Notes under the pieces: model-generated
Told to the model about the DNA's origin: nothing
Seen by the model: the letters and a program-made list of their open reading frames with translations, nothing else
The model's database searches: none
Translations under genes and position numbers: made by a program
Shown here: positions 22,759 through 33,462 of the stretch, piece after piece
Position numbering within the stretch: position 1 is the stretch's first letter
How the letters are laid out: every line of letters begins with the position of its first letter
NCBI GenBank assembly: GCA_031406795.1
Contig: JANOHV010000236.1
Location: forward strand, 1-58,141
DNA length: 58,141 bases
DNA from: Candidatus Rokuibacteriota bacterium
GTDB taxonomy: Bacteria; JAUVQV01; DATDCY01
Direction of reading: 5' to 3'

Positions 22759-23409
22759 ATGGCAAGCGTTGCGCTGGCAGCGGAAAATCGCACTGAAATG
22801 GGCAAGACCGGGGTGAACAAGGTTCGCGCCCGCGGACTCTGCCCGGCCGTGGTCTATGGTCCCGGGACGGAACCCCTTCACGTCTCCGTCGACCCGAAGG
22901 TCTTCCTCAAACTCGTGTCGACCGCCGGCGAGAACGCGCTGATCGACCTCGCCATCACGGGGGTCGAGGGCGCGAAGAAGGTCATCGTCCGCGACATCCA
23001 GTACAAGCCGCTCAAACAGCTGCCGATCCACGTGGACTTCTACCTGGTCAACCTCGAACGCACGATCGAAATCAAGGTGCCGCTCGAGCTGGTCGGGACG
23101 CCGGTCGCCGTCGCGCAGAAGGCCGGGACGCTGACCCAGGCCGTGCACGAACTGCACGTCGAGTGTCTGCCGACCGCCATTCCCGCGTCGATCACGGCCG
23201 ATGTCTCCGGCCTGGCCCTCGGCCACGCCCTGCACGTCCGCGATCTGATCCTGCCCGCGGGGGTCACGGTCCTCGACTCTCCCGATCAGACGGTTGCGGC
23301 CGTTGCCGGCCTGGCCGCCGAGGTGGCGCCCGTCGCGGCGGCGGCGGAGGTCGCGGAACCCGAAGTCATCCGCGAGCGCAAGCCGGCCGAGGAGAAGGAA
23401 AAGAAGTAG
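22759..23409 (+). CDS. rplY: 50S ribosomal protein L25 / general stress protein Ctc
   Basis: PAVVYG, IHVDFY, ECLPTAIP, LHVRDL, EPEVI. Confidence 0.95.
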   Translation: MASVALAAENRTEMGKTGVNKVRARGLCPAVVYGPGTEPLHVSVDPKVFLKLVSTAGENALIDLAITGVEGAKKVIVRDIQYKPLKQLPIHVDFYLVNLERTIEIKVPLELVGTPVAVAQKAGTLTQAVHELHVECLPTAIPASITADVSGLALGHALHVRDLILPAGVTVLDSPDQTVAAVAGLAAEVAPVAAAAEVAEPEVIRERKPAEEKEKK

Positions 23410-23446
23410 CGGCACCGTCGGACGCCTTCCCGGCGTCCATGACGAC

Positions 23447-23480
23447 AGGCGGCGTCCGGGCGACCGGCGCCGTCTTTTTC
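23447..23480 (+). terminator. Intrinsic terminator after rplY
   Basis: GGCGGCG(t)CCGG-gcga-CCGGCGCCGTC hairpin followed by TTTTTC. Confidence 0.6.
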
Positions 23481-23499
23481 ATTTGAGGTTCGCGCAGGC

Positions 23500-24084
23500 A
23501 TGACTTTCGACACGGTCATCGTCGGTCTCGGCAACCCCGGAGCGCAGTACGAGCGCACCCGCCACAACGCCGGTTTCCTGCTCGTCGGCCTGCTGGCCGC
23601 CGCGCACGGCATCAAGATCCGCCAGGAGCGCCACGGCGCCCTGGTCGGCGACGGCGGCATCGGCGCGCGTCGCTGTCTGCTCGCGCTGCCGCAGACCTAC
23701 ATGAACCGCAGCGGCGAGTCGGTCCGCCGCCTGCTCTCCTACACCGGCCTTGATCAGGAGTCCCTGGTGGTCGTGCACGACGACATGGACCTGCCGCTCG
23801 GGCGCCTGCGGCTGCGCCGCGGCGGCGGCGGCGCCGGCGGGCATCGCGGCATCGCCTCGATCCTCGAGCATCTCGGCAGCCCCGACTTCAGCCGTCTGAA
23901 GATCGGCGTCGGCCGTCCGCCCGCAGGAATCCCGGCCGAGAGCTACGTTCTCCAGGAGTTCGCGGCCGCGGAGCGCGAACCGCTGCGCGAGATGCTCGAA
24001 CGCGGCGCCGCGGCGCTCGAAGTCTTCCTGGCCCGCGGCCTGGCGGCGGCAATGAACGAGGTCAACCCGCCGTCCGGCCGCTGA
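23500..24084 (+). CDS. pth: Peptidyl-tRNA hydrolase
   Basis: VGLGNPG..YERTRHNAGF, PQTYMNRSG, VVHDDMDL, GGHRGIASI, RLKIGVGRP. Confidence 0.96.
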   Translation: MTFDTVIVGLGNPGAQYERTRHNAGFLLVGLLAAAHGIKIRQERHGALVGDGGIGARRCLLALPQTYMNRSGESVRRLLSYTGLDQESLVVVHDDMDLPLGRLRLRRGGGGAGGHRGIASILEHLGSPDFSRLKIGVGRPPAGIPAESYVLQEFAAAEREPLREMLERGAAALEVFLARGLAAAMNEVNPPSGR

Positions 24085-24152
24085 ATATCCGGCGTCTTGC
24101 GCTGCGGGGCGCGGGCGTGGTATAAGACAGGTCTTTCCCATGGGGGGAAAGA

Positions 24153-24204
24153 TGCTTCCTTGCCCGCGGCCCCGACCGCGGGCTTCACATCCGGAAGGAG
24201 GAGG
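24153..24204 (+). ncRNA. Probable S6:S18 ribosomal-protein leader (cis-regulatory RNA)
   Basis: CTTCCT-TGCCCGCGG-ccccga-CCGCGGGC-ttcacat-CCG-GAAGGAGG: the outer stem sequesters the SD, with an inner hairpin and CCG next to the SD, directly before rpsF; promoter-like TTGCGC-18-TATAAG at 24097-24126. Confidence 0.65.
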
Positions 24205-24213
24205 ACAGACACC

Positions 24214-24597
24214 GTGCAGAAGTATTACGAGACCATCTTCATCATGCGTCCGACCCTGAACGACCAGGAGATCGCCGAGCTCATCGAGACCTACCGCGGC
24301 ATTCTGGTGCGCGAGGGGGCCGAGATTCTCTACCAGGCCGACCTTGGCAAGAAGAAGCTGGCGTACATCATCCGTCACTTCCAGAACGGCCACTACGCGC
24401 TCTATCGCTACAAGGCTCCGGCCGCCGCGGTCCACGAGGTGGAACGCAGCATGAAGATCAACGAGGACCTGTTGCGGATCCTCACCGTGAAGCTCGACGA
24501 GGTCGAACTCGCGGCGGCCACCGCGGCCGTCGCCGCCGCCGCTGCCGCCGCCGAGCAGTACGCTCCCGCCGCGGTCGCCGCTCCCGTCGAGGGCTGA
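24214..24597 (+). CDS. rpsF: 30S ribosomal protein S6
   Basis: YETIFIMRP, GKKKLAYII, GHYALY, INEDLLR; Ala-rich tail. Confidence 0.94.
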   Translation: MQKYYETIFIMRPTLNDQEIAELIETYRGILVREGAEILYQADLGKKKLAYIIRHFQNGHYALYRYKAPAAAVHEVERSMKINEDLLRILTVKLDEVELAAATAAVAAAAAAAEQYAPAAVAAPVEG

Positions 24598-24601
24598 TCC
24601 G

Positions 24602-25027
24602 ATGGCCGATATCAACGTCGTGATTCTCGTGGGGCGGCTGACCCGCGACCCCGAGCTGCGGTACACGCCCGCGGGGACGGCGGTGACCAGTTTCGGGCTC
24701 GCGGTCAACAACCGCCGCAAGGTCGGGGACGAGTGGAAGGAAGAGCCCTGCTTCGTCGACGTCAAGATCTTCGGCCGCATGGCCGAGACGAGCAGCGAAT
24801 ACCTCTCCAAAGGACGGCAGTGCGCGATCGAAGGCCGGCTTTCCTACAGCAAGTGGGAGAAGGACGGGCAGACGCGCAGCAAGCTCGAGGTCATCGCGAA
24901 CAATATCCAGTTCCTCGGCCAGGGGCAGGGTCAGCAGGGCCGCGGCGGTGAACGCGCGCCGGGAGCGGATGCCGACCCGCTGGCGGACATCGGCGGCGGT
25001 TCGGACATGGGCGAGGCGCCGTTCTAG
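24602..25027 (+). CDS. ssb: Single-stranded DNA-binding protein
   Basis: INVVILVGRLTRDPELRYTPAG, YLSKGR..IEGRL, acidic tail ending APF. Confidence 0.96.
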   Translation: MADINVVILVGRLTRDPELRYTPAGTAVTSFGLAVNNRRKVGDEWKEEPCFVDVKIFGRMAETSSEYLSKGRQCAIEGRLSYSKWEKDGQTRSKLEVIANNIQFLGQGQGQQGRGGERAPGADADPLADIGGGSDMGEAPF

Positions 25028-25112
25028 GCTGCGGGTTGGACAATTCTGTCGTGATCGCGTCGCCCCCGGGCGGGCCGGCGGTCGCGGATGATAAAAGGAG
25101 AGACGCACCATC

Positions 25113-25346
25113 ATGGAGCCGGTCAAGAGAAAGCGCTTTCAGAAACGCAAGTCCTGCAAGTTCTGCGAGGACAAGATTCCCGCCATCGACTACAAGGACG
25201 TCAAATTGATCAAGCTCTACGTGAGCGAACGCGGCAAGATCATCCCCCGTCGGATCACGGGGACCTGCGCGAAACACCAGCGCAGCCTGACCACGTCGAT
25301 CAAGCGGGCGCGCAACATCGCCCTCATCCCCTTCGCGGCCGGTTAA
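25113..25346 (+). CDS. rpsR: 30S ribosomal protein S18 (Zn-ribbon, C+ form)
   Basis: [33 protein letters not shown]. Confidence 0.97.
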   Translation: MEPVKRKRFQKRKSCKFCEDKIPAIDYKDVKLIKLYVSERGKIIPRRITGTCAKHQRSLTTSIKRARNIALIPFAAG

Positions 25347-25365
25347 CGGGCCGCTGCCGGACGCG

Positions 25366-25404
25366 AACCACCCCGGTCCCGTAACGGGCCGGGGTGGTTT
25401 GTTT
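25366..25404 (+). terminator. Intrinsic terminator after rpsR
   Basis: AACCACCCCGG(t)CCCG-taa-CGGG-CCGGGGTGGTT followed by TGTTT. Confidence 0.7.
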
Positions 25405-25409
25405 CTCTG

Positions 25410-26354
25410 ATGCGCATCAGCGACGAACTGCGGGACCTGGCCGCGGCGAGCGCCCTGTCGACGCTGCTGTTCGCCTCCGGCGTGCTCGTGCCGCTGATCG
25501 GTCCGCCCGCCGGTTTCTTCTCGGCCGCACCGCTGATCTGGCTGGCCGCGCGCCACGGCTGGTCCCTCGGTCTGCTCGGCGGGCTGCTGGCAGCGGCGGC
25601 GCTCCTCCCCGCTCTGCCTCCGCCGATCGTACTGATCTTCTCCCTCGAGCACGCGCTGCCCGCCTGGTTCCTCGGTTCGCGTCTGCGCCGGGGCGCCAGC
25701 ATCGTCGCCGCGAGTTCCACCGCGGCGCTGGTGGTGACCGCCCTGATGCTTGCCGGGGCGCTGCTCCTCTCCGGCGGCGGCCACGACCCGGTGCGAGTCC
25801 TCGAGCAGCAACTGCGCGAGGGGCTCGCCGAATTCGGCGAGAGCGGCGGCACGCCGCCCCCGGACGCAGGCACCAAGGCCGCGCTCGAGGCGGGCCTCGA
25901 GCAGCTCCTTGCAGTTCTTCGCCGCGTGCTCCCGGCCGTCACGCTCATCGGGATCTTCCTGGAGTGCTCGCTCAACAGCCTCCTCGCCCTGCGGGTGCTC
26001 CCCCGGGGCGAAGCGGCGGCCCCGCCGCGCGACCTGACCCTCTTCCGGCTGCCGGAGTGGCTGGTCTGGGTGCTCATCCCGTCGCTGGCGCTCTGCTGGG
26101 CGCCGCAGGAGCAGGTCACGACCGTCGCGCTCAACGTGGTGGTGCCGCTGCTGTTCGCTTACCTGCTCCAGGGGCTCGCGATCACCCTGCACCTGGCGGC
26201 CCGGGCGCGGATCTCGCGTTTCGGCAGGGTCATGTTCGTGCTGGCGCTGTTCTTCTCCCAGGGTTGGCTCCTCGCCGTTCCGCTGCTCCTCGGGCTGCTC
26301 GATTTCCGTTTCGGTTTCCGCGAGCGCTGGCCGCTCGGTCCTCCCGCCGCATAG
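25410..26354 (+). CDS. YybS/DUF2232-family membrane protein
   Basis: Multi-TM protein; FRLPEWLVWVLI, YLLQGLAI, LGLLDFRFGFR; usual position after rpsR. Confidence 0.82.
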   Translation: MRISDELRDLAAASALSTLLFASGVLVPLIGPPAGFFSAAPLIWLAARHGWSLGLLGGLLAAAALLPALPPPIVLIFSLEHALPAWFLGSRLRRGASIVAASSTAALVVTALMLAGALLLSGGGHDPVRVLEQQLREGLAEFGESGGTPPPDAGTKAALEAGLEQLLAVLRRVLPAVTLIGIFLECSLNSLLALRVLPRGEAAAPPRDLTLFRLPEWLVWVLIPSLALCWAPQEQVTTVALNVVVPLLFAYLLQGLAITLHLAARARISRFGRVMFVLALFFSQGWLLAVPLLLGLLDFRFGFRERWPLGPPAA

Positions 26355-26428
26355 CGCTGCGGATCCGCGATTTTCTGAGGTCAGCAAGACGCACAAAAGC
26401 AGGATTTCCTGTAGGAAGCCTCACGTCC

Positions 26429-26457
26429 TTGACTCATCCCGTTGCAGACCGTATCAT
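26429..26457 (+). promoter_or_regulatory. Sigma70-type promoter of mutS
   Basis: TTGACT-17 bp-TATCAT. Confidence 0.6.
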
Positions 26458-26522
26458 CACCCGATGATGTGCCGCGAAGTGGCTTTTTCCCCGGCATCCA
26501 TCAACAGTTGGGGCTTTCGCGG

Positions 26523-29156
26523 ATGAGCGGGTCGACCCCGATGATGCGCCAGTACCAGCGCATCAAGCAGGAGCATCCCGAGGCCATCCTGCTCTTCCAT
26601 CTCGGCGACTTCTACGAGATGTTCTTCGACGATGCGCGCGACGCCTCCCGCATTCTCAACATCACGCTGACGTCCCGCGACCGCCAGAAGGCCGACCCCA
26701 TCCCGCTCTGCGGCATCCCGGTGCATTCGGCCGAAAACTACATCACCCGTCTGCTCAAGGCCGGCCGCAAGGTGGCGGTCTGCGATCAGGTCGAGTCGCC
26801 CGCGGAGGCCGCGGGTCTGGTCCGCCGCGAAGTCACCCGGGTCATCACCCCCGGCACGGTGCTGGACGAGCGGATGCTCGAGGGGCGCGCGACCAATTAC
26901 CTCGTTGCGCTCGTCCCCGGGCAGACGAGGACGGGGCTCGCGGCGCTCGATTTCTCCACGGGCGAATTCCTCGTGCTCGAAACGGCCGCCGACAACAGCC
27001 GCGAGATCGAAGACCGGCTCGAGGGGTTCGCGCCCGCCGAACTGCTCCTGCCGCGCGTTGCCCGGCCGGAGGTGGAGAAGATGATCGCGCGCGTGCTTCC
27101 CGCCGTCGCGCTGACGCGACCGGACGACCCGGTCTCGTTCGACTCCGTCTCCGCTCGGCGCAGGCTGCTCGAGCATTTCGGCACCGCGACCCTCGACGGC
27201 TTCGGGCTCCCGGGGTACGAGGAGGGGGTGACGGCCGCGGGCGCGCTGCTGCACTATCTGCAACAGACGCAGCGCCGCCCGCTCGGCAACATCACGCGGC
27301 TCGCGCCCTGGCGCACGGAGGGGCGCCTGGCGCTCGACGCCGCCACGCAGCGCAATCTCGAACTGCTCGTCAACCTGGAGGACGGCCGCCGCGAACGCAG
27401 CCTGCTCTGGGTCCTCGATCGCACGCGCACACCGCTCGGTTCGCGGCGGCTGCGCGCCTGGATCATCGCGCCGCTGCTGGCGCCAACGGCGATTGCGGCG
27501 CGCCAGGACGCCGTCGAACGGCTGGTCGGCGAAGACGCGCTGCGCCAGCGGCTGCGGAGCGCGCTCGGCGGCATCCTCGATCTGGAGCGGCTGGCCAGCC
27601 GCATCGCCCTGAACAGCTCCGGACCGCACGATCTGGTTGCGCTTCGCGCCTCGCTGCGGCTGCTCCCGGAACTCTTCAGCGCCCTGCGGGACGACCCGGT
27701 GCCCCTGCTCGCGGGACTCGGCATGGCGGACAGCCTCGCCGACCTGTGCGCCGAGGCCGACCGGACCCTGGCCGAGTCGCCGCCGCCGCGGATCAGCCAG
27801 GGGGGCGTCGTCCGCGAAGGCGTCTGCGCCGAACTCGACGAACTGCGCCGACGCTCGCGCAATGCCCAGGAAGAACTCGCGGCGCTCGAGCGACGCGAGC
27901 GCGAGCGCACCGGCATTGGCACGCTCAAGGTCGGCTTCACCAAGGTCTTCGGCTACTACCTCGAGGTCACGCGCCCGAACCTCCCCCTGGTTCCGGCCGA
28001 CTACGTCCGGCGGCAGACGCTCGTCAACGCCGAGCGCTACCACTCGGCCGAACTCGCCGCGTTCGAGGAAGGGATACTCGGCGCCGAGGAAAAGTCGCTC
28101 GCCCTCGAAGCGCGGATCTTCGAGCAGCTGCGCGTCTTCCTTTCCGCGGCCGCGGGCAGGATCCAGGCCGCCGCCGCGGTCGTCGGCGAGATCGACGCGC
28201 TGCAGTCGCTCGCGGAAGTCGCGCTGCGCCAGGGCTACTCGCGCCCCGCGATCGACGACGGCCTGACGCTCGAAATCGTCGGCGGGCGCCACCCGGTGGT
28301 CGAGCTCGCCGGCGAAGAACGCTTCGTGCCCAACGACTGCCGCCTCGATGCGGGGGATTGCCAGCTGATGATCCTCACCGGTCCGAACATGGCCGGCAAG
28401 TCGACTTTTCTGCGGCAAACCGCCCTCATCGCGCTGATGGCGCAGATCGGCAGCTTCGTCCCGGCGGCCTCGGCCCGCATCGGCGTCGTCGACCGTATTT
28501 TCACGCGCATCGGCGCCGCCGACCGGCTTTCGCGCGGACAGAGCACTTTCATGGTCGAGATGACCGAAACGGCCAACATCCTGCACAACGCCACGGAGCG
28601 CAGCCTCGTGATCCTCGACGAGGTCGGGCGCGGCACGAGCACGTTCGACGGCCTGGCGATCGCCTGGGCCGTCGCCGAGCACCTGCACGGCGGCGGGCCG
28701 CGCGGGCCGCGCACCCTGTTCGCGACGCACTATCACCAGCTGACCGAGCTGCAGCTCACGTTGAGCCGTGCGCGGAATTTCACGGTGGCCGTGCGCGAGT
28801 GGGAGCAGCAGATACTCTTCCTGCGCACCATCATCCCGGGCGGCGCCGACCGCAGCTACGGGATCCAGGTAGCGCAACTGGCCGGCTTGCCGGCCTCGAC
28901 GCTCATCCGAGCCCGCGAGATCCTCGCCAATCTCGAGAGCGGCGAGCTGACGCTCGACGGCCTGCCGCGCATAGCGGAGCATGCGGCGGCGCCGGCGCCC
29001 CTGCCGCAACTCGAGCTTTTTCCCGCGCAGGAGCACGACGTCGTCCGTTCACTGCGCGGCATCGACCCGGACCGTCTGACCCCGCTCGAGGCCCTGCAGC
29101 TGCTCGTCGGCTGGAAGGCGGCCATCGGGCAGCCGATGCGCAGGATCGTCCCGTGA
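26523..29156 (+). CDS. mutS: DNA mismatch repair protein MutS
   Basis: TPMMRQY, GDFYEMF, TGPNMAGKST, GQSTFMVEM, DEVGRGTST, FATHYH, SYGIQVA. Confidence 0.97.
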   Translation: MSGSTPMMRQYQRIKQEHPEAILLFHLGDFYEMFFDDARDASRILNITLTSRDRQKADPIPLCGIPVHSAENYITRLLKAGRKVAVCDQVESPAEAAGLVRREVTRVITPGTVLDERMLEGRATNYLVALVPGQTRTGLAALDFSTGEFLVLETAADNSREIEDRLEGFAPAELLLPRVARPEVEKMIARVLPAVALTRPDDPVSFDSVSARRRLLEHFGTATLDGFGLPGYEEGVTAAGALLHYLQQTQRRPLGNITRLAPWRTEGRLALDAATQRNLELLVNLEDGRRERSLLWVLDRTRTPLGSRRLRAWIIAPLLAPTAIAARQDAVERLVGEDALRQRLRSALGGILDLERLASRIALNSSGPHDLVALRASLRLLPELFSALRDDPVPLLAGLGMADSLADLCAEADRTLAESPPPRISQGGVVREGVCAELDELRRRSRNAQEELAALERRERERTGIGTLKVGFTKVFGYYLEVTRPNLPLVPADYVRRQTLVNAERYHSAELAAFEEGILGAEEKSLALEARIFEQLRVFLSAAAGRIQAAAAVVGEIDALQSLAEVALRQGYSRPAIDDGLTLEIVGGRHPVVELAGEERFVPNDCRLDAGDCQLMILTGPNMAGKSTFLRQTALIALMAQIGSFVPAASARIGVVDRIFTRIGAADRLSRGQSTFMVEMTETANILHNATERSLVILDEVGRGTSTFDGLAIAWAVAEHLHGGGPRGPRTLFATHYHQLTELQLTLSRARNFTVAVREWEQQILFLRTIIPGGADRSYGIQVAQLAGLPASTLIRAREILANLESGELTLDGLPRIAEHAAAPAPLPQLELFPAQEHDVVRSLRGIDPDRLTPLEALQLLVGWKAAIGQPMRRIVP

Positions 29157-31408
29157 GACGGAGTCCGCGCCTCGCCGCCGCTGCGCTGGCCGCGCTGCTG
29201 CTTCTGCCCCTGCCGGTACGCGGCGCGGCCCCGGCCGCGAAGGGATCCGCAGCGCCGGCGGCGCTCTTCGCCAAGGCCGAGGAGTCCTTTTCCGCGCTTC
29301 GGGCGGACGCCCGGTCCCAGCGGCTGCGCCAGAATTTCCTCCGGGTGCTCGACGCCTACCGCCGGGTCTTCGAACAATTCCCCGCCACGCGCCAGGGCGA
29401 GCGCTCGCTGCTGCGCGCCGGGGAACTCATGACGCTGCTGTTCCGCTGGACCGGGCTGGAGGGAGACCTTCTGCTGGCCCAGAACTACTATCAGCGGCTC
29501 GTCCTGGCATCGCCGAAGAGCCCGCTGGCAGACGATGCGCTGCTGGCGATCGCCTACCTCCATCTCGATCATTTCAAGGACCCCGCCCAGGCCTGGCTGC
29601 GCTTTCGGGCTGTCACGGAACTTTCGCCGAAAGGCGACAAGGTCGGCGAGGCAAAGAGGATGCTCAAGCGGCTTGCGGCTCACGCTGCTACGGACAAGCC
29701 GGCCCCGGCCAGCGAGGCTGTCGATCTCTCCTGCCCGGTGCCCCCGCTGGCGGCGTCGGCCACGGCTGTCCCGGCGCCGACGGTTATCTCCCTGCCCCCG
29801 CCGACGGTCATCACGATGCCGGCGCCGGCAGCCGGCGCTTCGCCGCAGTCGAGCGGCCCGCCCCCCCCGAAGCCGCAGCCGCCGCTCCCGGCGCCGGAGA
29901 CCGCCTCGGCGCTCAACCGCGTCAGCAATCTGCGCCACTGGTCGAACCCCGAATATTCGCGCGTCGTCATCGATCTCGACCGCAAGACCAATTTCTACTC
30001 CAACCTGCTCGAAGACCGTTCCGGCAGCGGCGCCCCGCCGCGGCTGTACATCGATCTGTTCAACTCGGTCATCGAGGAGCGGATCTGCAAACCGATCCAC
30101 GTGAACGACGGCATTCTCCACGGCATCCGGGCCGGGCAGCACTCCGGCGACACCGTCCGTATCGTCCTCGACATCGACGGGTTGCGCACCTACCGGATCT
30201 TCCCGATGCAGAACCCGTTCCGGATCGTCGTCGACGTCACCGGTGGCGAGGCGGCCACGGGCGGGACCCCTGTTGCCGCGACTGCCGACTTACCCGCGCC
30301 CGTCGTCGCGATCGCTGAACCGCGGACCGTGGCCGCCAAGGGCGCGCCGCCCGCGGACTCTCTCCCGTCCCCGGCGAGCGCCCCGTCGACGCCACCGGCG
30401 CCCTCGCCGCGCTACACGCCCGAACCGGTGCCGGAACTCATCCCGCTGCCGACATTCAGCCGCGAACCCGGCCCGCCGATCCCGGGGGCGTCGCCGCGGC
30501 CGGCGCCGGACGTGCCTCCGCCCGTCGCGGCCCCCACGACCTTCTCCGGTTCCGTCGCGGAAACGGCGCCCGCGGCCTCGCCCAGGCCGGCGCCGACGCC
30601 CCTGAGCGGCGGCCGCCCGGCCACCGGCGCCCCACGGTCCGCCCGCCCGGTTGCCGGCTCGCCCAGCGGCGGCGGCAAGCCGTCGCTGGCGCGTCAACTC
30701 GGGCTGGGGGTGCGCCGCGTGGTCATCGACGCGGGCCACGGCGCTCACGACCCCGGGGCCATCGGTGTCGACGGCCTCCAGGAGAAAGAGGTGACCCTCG
30801 ACCTGGCGCTGCGCATTCGCGACATCCTGCAGGCGGCCGGCTACGAGACGGTGCTCACCCGCGACCGCGACGTCTACCTGCCGCTCGAGGAGCGCACGGC
30901 GCTCGCGAACACCGCCCGCGGCGACCTGTTCCTCTCGCTGCACTGCAACGCGAGCGACACCGGCAAGCTCAGCGGCGTCGAGACCTACTTCCTCAACCTC
31001 GCCTCGAACGTGCGTTCCATGAAGACCGCTGCGCGCGAGAACAGTATGGCCGTCGCCAACATGAGCGATCTGCAGCAGATCGTCCGGGAGATCCAGAACT
31101 CCAAAATGGACGAATCCAGCCAGTTCGCCGCGCGGATTCAGCGCTCGCTGCACGACACCCTGCACCGCAAGTACCCCGACATCAAGAACCTCGGCGTCAA
31201 GCAGGCGCCCTTCTACGTGCTCATCGGCGCGCAGATGCCCAGCGTGCTCGCCGAAGTCTCCTTCATCAACCACCGTACGGAGGGCCGCAGGTTGGCCGAC
31301 CCGGCCTACCGTCAGCTGATCGCGCAGGCCATCGTCGACGGTGTCAAGCGCTACGTCCGGACGGTGAAGACCGCCGCTATCGAGAGTCCCGGGAGACCGA
31401 CCCCATGA
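29153..31408 (+). CDS. N-acetylmuramoyl-L-alanine amidase (signal peptide, TPR-like, AMIN and Amidase_3 domains, Pro-rich linkers)
   Basis: GTG overlaps the mutS stop; [80 protein letters not shown]. Confidence 0.92.
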   Translation: MRRSPRLAAAALAALLLLPLPVRGAAPAAKGSAAPAALFAKAEESFSALRADARSQRLRQNFLRVLDAYRRVFEQFPATRQGERSLLRAGELMTLLFRWTGLEGDLLLAQNYYQRLVLASPKSPLADDALLAIAYLHLDHFKDPAQAWLRFRAVTELSPKGDKVGEAKRMLKRLAAHAATDKPAPASEAVDLSCPVPPLAASATAVPAPTVISLPPPTVITMPAPAAGASPQSSGPPPPKPQPPLPAPETASALNRVSNLRHWSNPEYSRVVIDLDRKTNFYSNLLEDRSGSGAPPRLYIDLFNSVIEERICKPIHVNDGILHGIRAGQHSGDTVRIVLDIDGLRTYRIFPMQNPFRIVVDVTGGEAATGGTPVAATADLPAPVVAIAEPRTVAAKGAPPADSLPSPASAPSTPPAPSPRYTPEPVPELIPLPTFSREPGPPIPGASPRPAPDVPPPVAAPTTFSGSVAETAPAASPRPAPTPLSGGRPATGAPRSARPVAGSPSGGGKPSLARQLGLGVRRVVIDAGHGAHDPGAIGVDGLQEKEVTLDLALRIRDILQAAGYETVLTRDRDVYLPLEERTALANTARGDLFLSLHCNASDTGKLSGVETYFLNLASNVRSMKTAARENSMAVANMSDLQQIVREIQNSKMDESSQFAARIQRSLHDTLHRKYPDIKNLGVKQAPFYVLIGAQMPSVLAEVSFINHRTEGRRLADPAYRQLIAQAIVDGVKRYVRTVKTAAIESPGRPTP

Positions 31409-33459
31409 GCCAGCACCCGCCGATCGCGCGCACGCGCAATATCGGCATCATCGCGCACATCGACGCCGGCAAGACCACGGTCAGCGAGCGTTTCCTCTTC
31501 TACTCCGGCCGGAGTCACAAGATCGGCGAGGTTCACGATGGCGCCGCGACGATGGACTGGATGCCCCAGGAGCAGGAGCGCGGGATCACGATCACCGCCG
31601 CCGCCACCACCTTCGCCTGGCGCGAGCACCAGGTGAACCTCATCGACACCCCGGGGCACGTCGACTTCACGATCGAGGTCGAGCGCTCGCTGCGCGTCCT
31701 CGACGGTGCGATCGCGGTCTTCTGCGGCGTCGCGGGGGTGCAGCCGCAAACGGAAACCGTCTGGCGTCAGGCGCAGCGCTGGCGGGTGCCGATTGTCTGT
31801 TTCGTCAACAAGCTCGATCGCATCGGCGCGGACTACGACGCCGTCGTCGCCGCGATCGCCGAGCGTCTCGGTTCCGTGCCGGTGTCCCTGCAGCTGCCGA
31901 TCGGCATCGAGAAGGAGTTTCGGGGCGTCGTCGACCTGCTGCGCATGCGGGCGCTGCTCTGGGGGAGCGAGGATCTCGGCGCGGAGGTCGAGATCGCGGC
32001 GATCCCCGCCGAGCTGGCCGCGCCCGCCGCCGCCGCCCGCGCACGCTTGGTCGAGACGGTCGCCGAGCATGACGAGGGCCTGTTGGCGATCTACCTCGAG
32101 AATCCCGACCCGAACGCCGAGGAGATCCTCGCCGCGGTGCGACGCCTGACCATCGCCCGCGCGATCACGCCGGTGCTCTGCGGCAGCGCGCTTCGCAACA
32201 AGGGCGTGCAGCCGCTGCTCGACGCGGTCGTCGACCTGCTCCCCTCCCCCGCCGATGTCCCGCCCGTCGAGGGCACCAACCCCGGCACCGGGGCGATCGA
32301 GCACCGCGAGCCGCGGATCGGGGCGCCGCTCTGCGCCCTGGCTTTCAAGGTCATGACCGCCGAGGATCGGCGCCTGACCTACCTGCGCATCTACTCCGGC
32401 CGGCTCCGCGCCGGCGAGTCCGTGCTCAACACCACGCGGTCGCAGCAGGAGAAGGTCGCCCGGATCTTCCGGATGCACGCCAACAAGCGCGAGCGCATCG
32501 ACGAGGCGGTGGCGGGCGACATCGTGGCCGCCGCCGGGCTCAAGAGCGCCGGCACCGGGGACACGCTCACCGACCCGGCCCGACCGCTGCTGCTCGAACC
32601 GATGCGCTTCACGAACCCGGTGATCGCCCTGGCAGTCGAACCGCGCAGCGGCGCCGACACCGACAAGCTCGCGCAGGCGCTCGGCAAGCTGGCCGGCGAG
32701 GACCCGACGCTCGGGGTGCGGACCGACCCCGACACCGGCCAGAACATCATCTCGGGCATGGGCGAACTGCATCTCGAAATCGTCCTCGACCGGATCGACC
32801 GTGAGTTTCGGGTGCCGGTGCGCTCGGGCCGCCCGCAGGTCATCCACCGCGAGACGATTTCGCGCGCGATCGAACACGAGGCCGCTTTCCAGCGCGAGAT
32901 CGCCGGGCAGACCATGCGGGCCGAGGTCGCGCTGTCGATCCGGCCGCTCGAGCGCGGCGCCGGCACGCGGGTCGTCTTCGAACCGCGCGCCGCGCCCCTC
33001 CCCGAACCGGTCAGCACCGCAATCACCGAGGGCGTCACCGACTGCTTCGGCGCCGGAATGCTCTCGGGTTACCCGGTCACCGACCTCGAGGTGATCGTGA
33101 CCCGAGTCCTGTTCCGCGCCGACGACCCGTTCGTGATGGGCTTCAAGATCGCCGCCGCGCGCGCTTTTCGCGAGGCGACCGGGATGGCCGGCCTGATCCG
33201 GCTCGAGCCGATCATGCTCCTCGAGGTGGAGACGCCCGAGGAGTACACCGGGGAGATCATTCGCGATCTCTCGGCGCGCCGCGGCCGCATCGAGGCGATG
33301 CATCAGCAGGGGACGATCCGCCTGATCGACGCGCTCGCCCCGCTGCGGGAGCTCTTCGGCTATTCGACCGCCCTGCGTTCGCTCTCCCAGGGCCGCGCCT
33401 CGTTCTCGATGCATTTCTCGCGCTACGGCGAAGTGCCCCCGGAGCGACCGAACCCGTAA
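31405..33459 (+). CDS. fusA: Elongation factor G paralogue (canonical G domain, divergent domain IV)
   Basis: [47 protein letters not shown]; not in an rpsL-rpsG-fusA-tuf context. Confidence 0.93.
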   Translation: MSQHPPIARTRNIGIIAHIDAGKTTVSERFLFYSGRSHKIGEVHDGAATMDWMPQEQERGITITAAATTFAWREHQVNLIDTPGHVDFTIEVERSLRVLDGAIAVFCGVAGVQPQTETVWRQAQRWRVPIVCFVNKLDRIGADYDAVVAAIAERLGSVPVSLQLPIGIEKEFRGVVDLLRMRALLWGSEDLGAEVEIAAIPAELAAPAAAARARLVETVAEHDEGLLAIYLENPDPNAEEILAAVRRLTIARAITPVLCGSALRNKGVQPLLDAVVDLLPSPADVPPVEGTNPGTGAIEHREPRIGAPLCALAFKVMTAEDRRLTYLRIYSGRLRAGESVLNTTRSQQEKVARIFRMHANKRERIDEAVAGDIVAAAGLKSAGTGDTLTDPARPLLLEPMRFTNPVIALAVEPRSGADTDKLAQALGKLAGEDPTLGVRTDPDTGQNIISGMGELHLEIVLDRIDREFRVPVRSGRPQVIHRETISRAIEHEAAFQREIAGQTMRAEVALSIRPLERGAGTRVVFEPRAAPLPEPVSTAITEGVTDCFGAGMLSGYPVTDLEVIVTRVLFRADDPFVMGFKIAAARAFREATGMAGLIRLEPIMLLEVETPEEYTGEIIRDLSARRGRIEAMHQQGTIRLIDALAPLRELFGYSTALRSLSQGRASFSMHFSRYGEVPPERPNP

Positions 33460-33462
33460 TCG

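Noticed and set aside
29690..30680. Pro/Ala-rich stretches in the amidase as inserted elements
   Set aside because: They are in-frame low-complexity linkers flanking the AMIN domains, with no repeat or mobile-element signature.
27746..31408. Apparent 1220-aa amidase and similar long N-terminal extensions (radA 831 aa, ftsY 863 aa, trpB2 710 aa, gpsA 528 aa)
   Set aside because: The extensions overlap upstream genes in another frame; real starts with an SD or a stop-start overlap lie downstream. No evidence of fusion or frameshifting.
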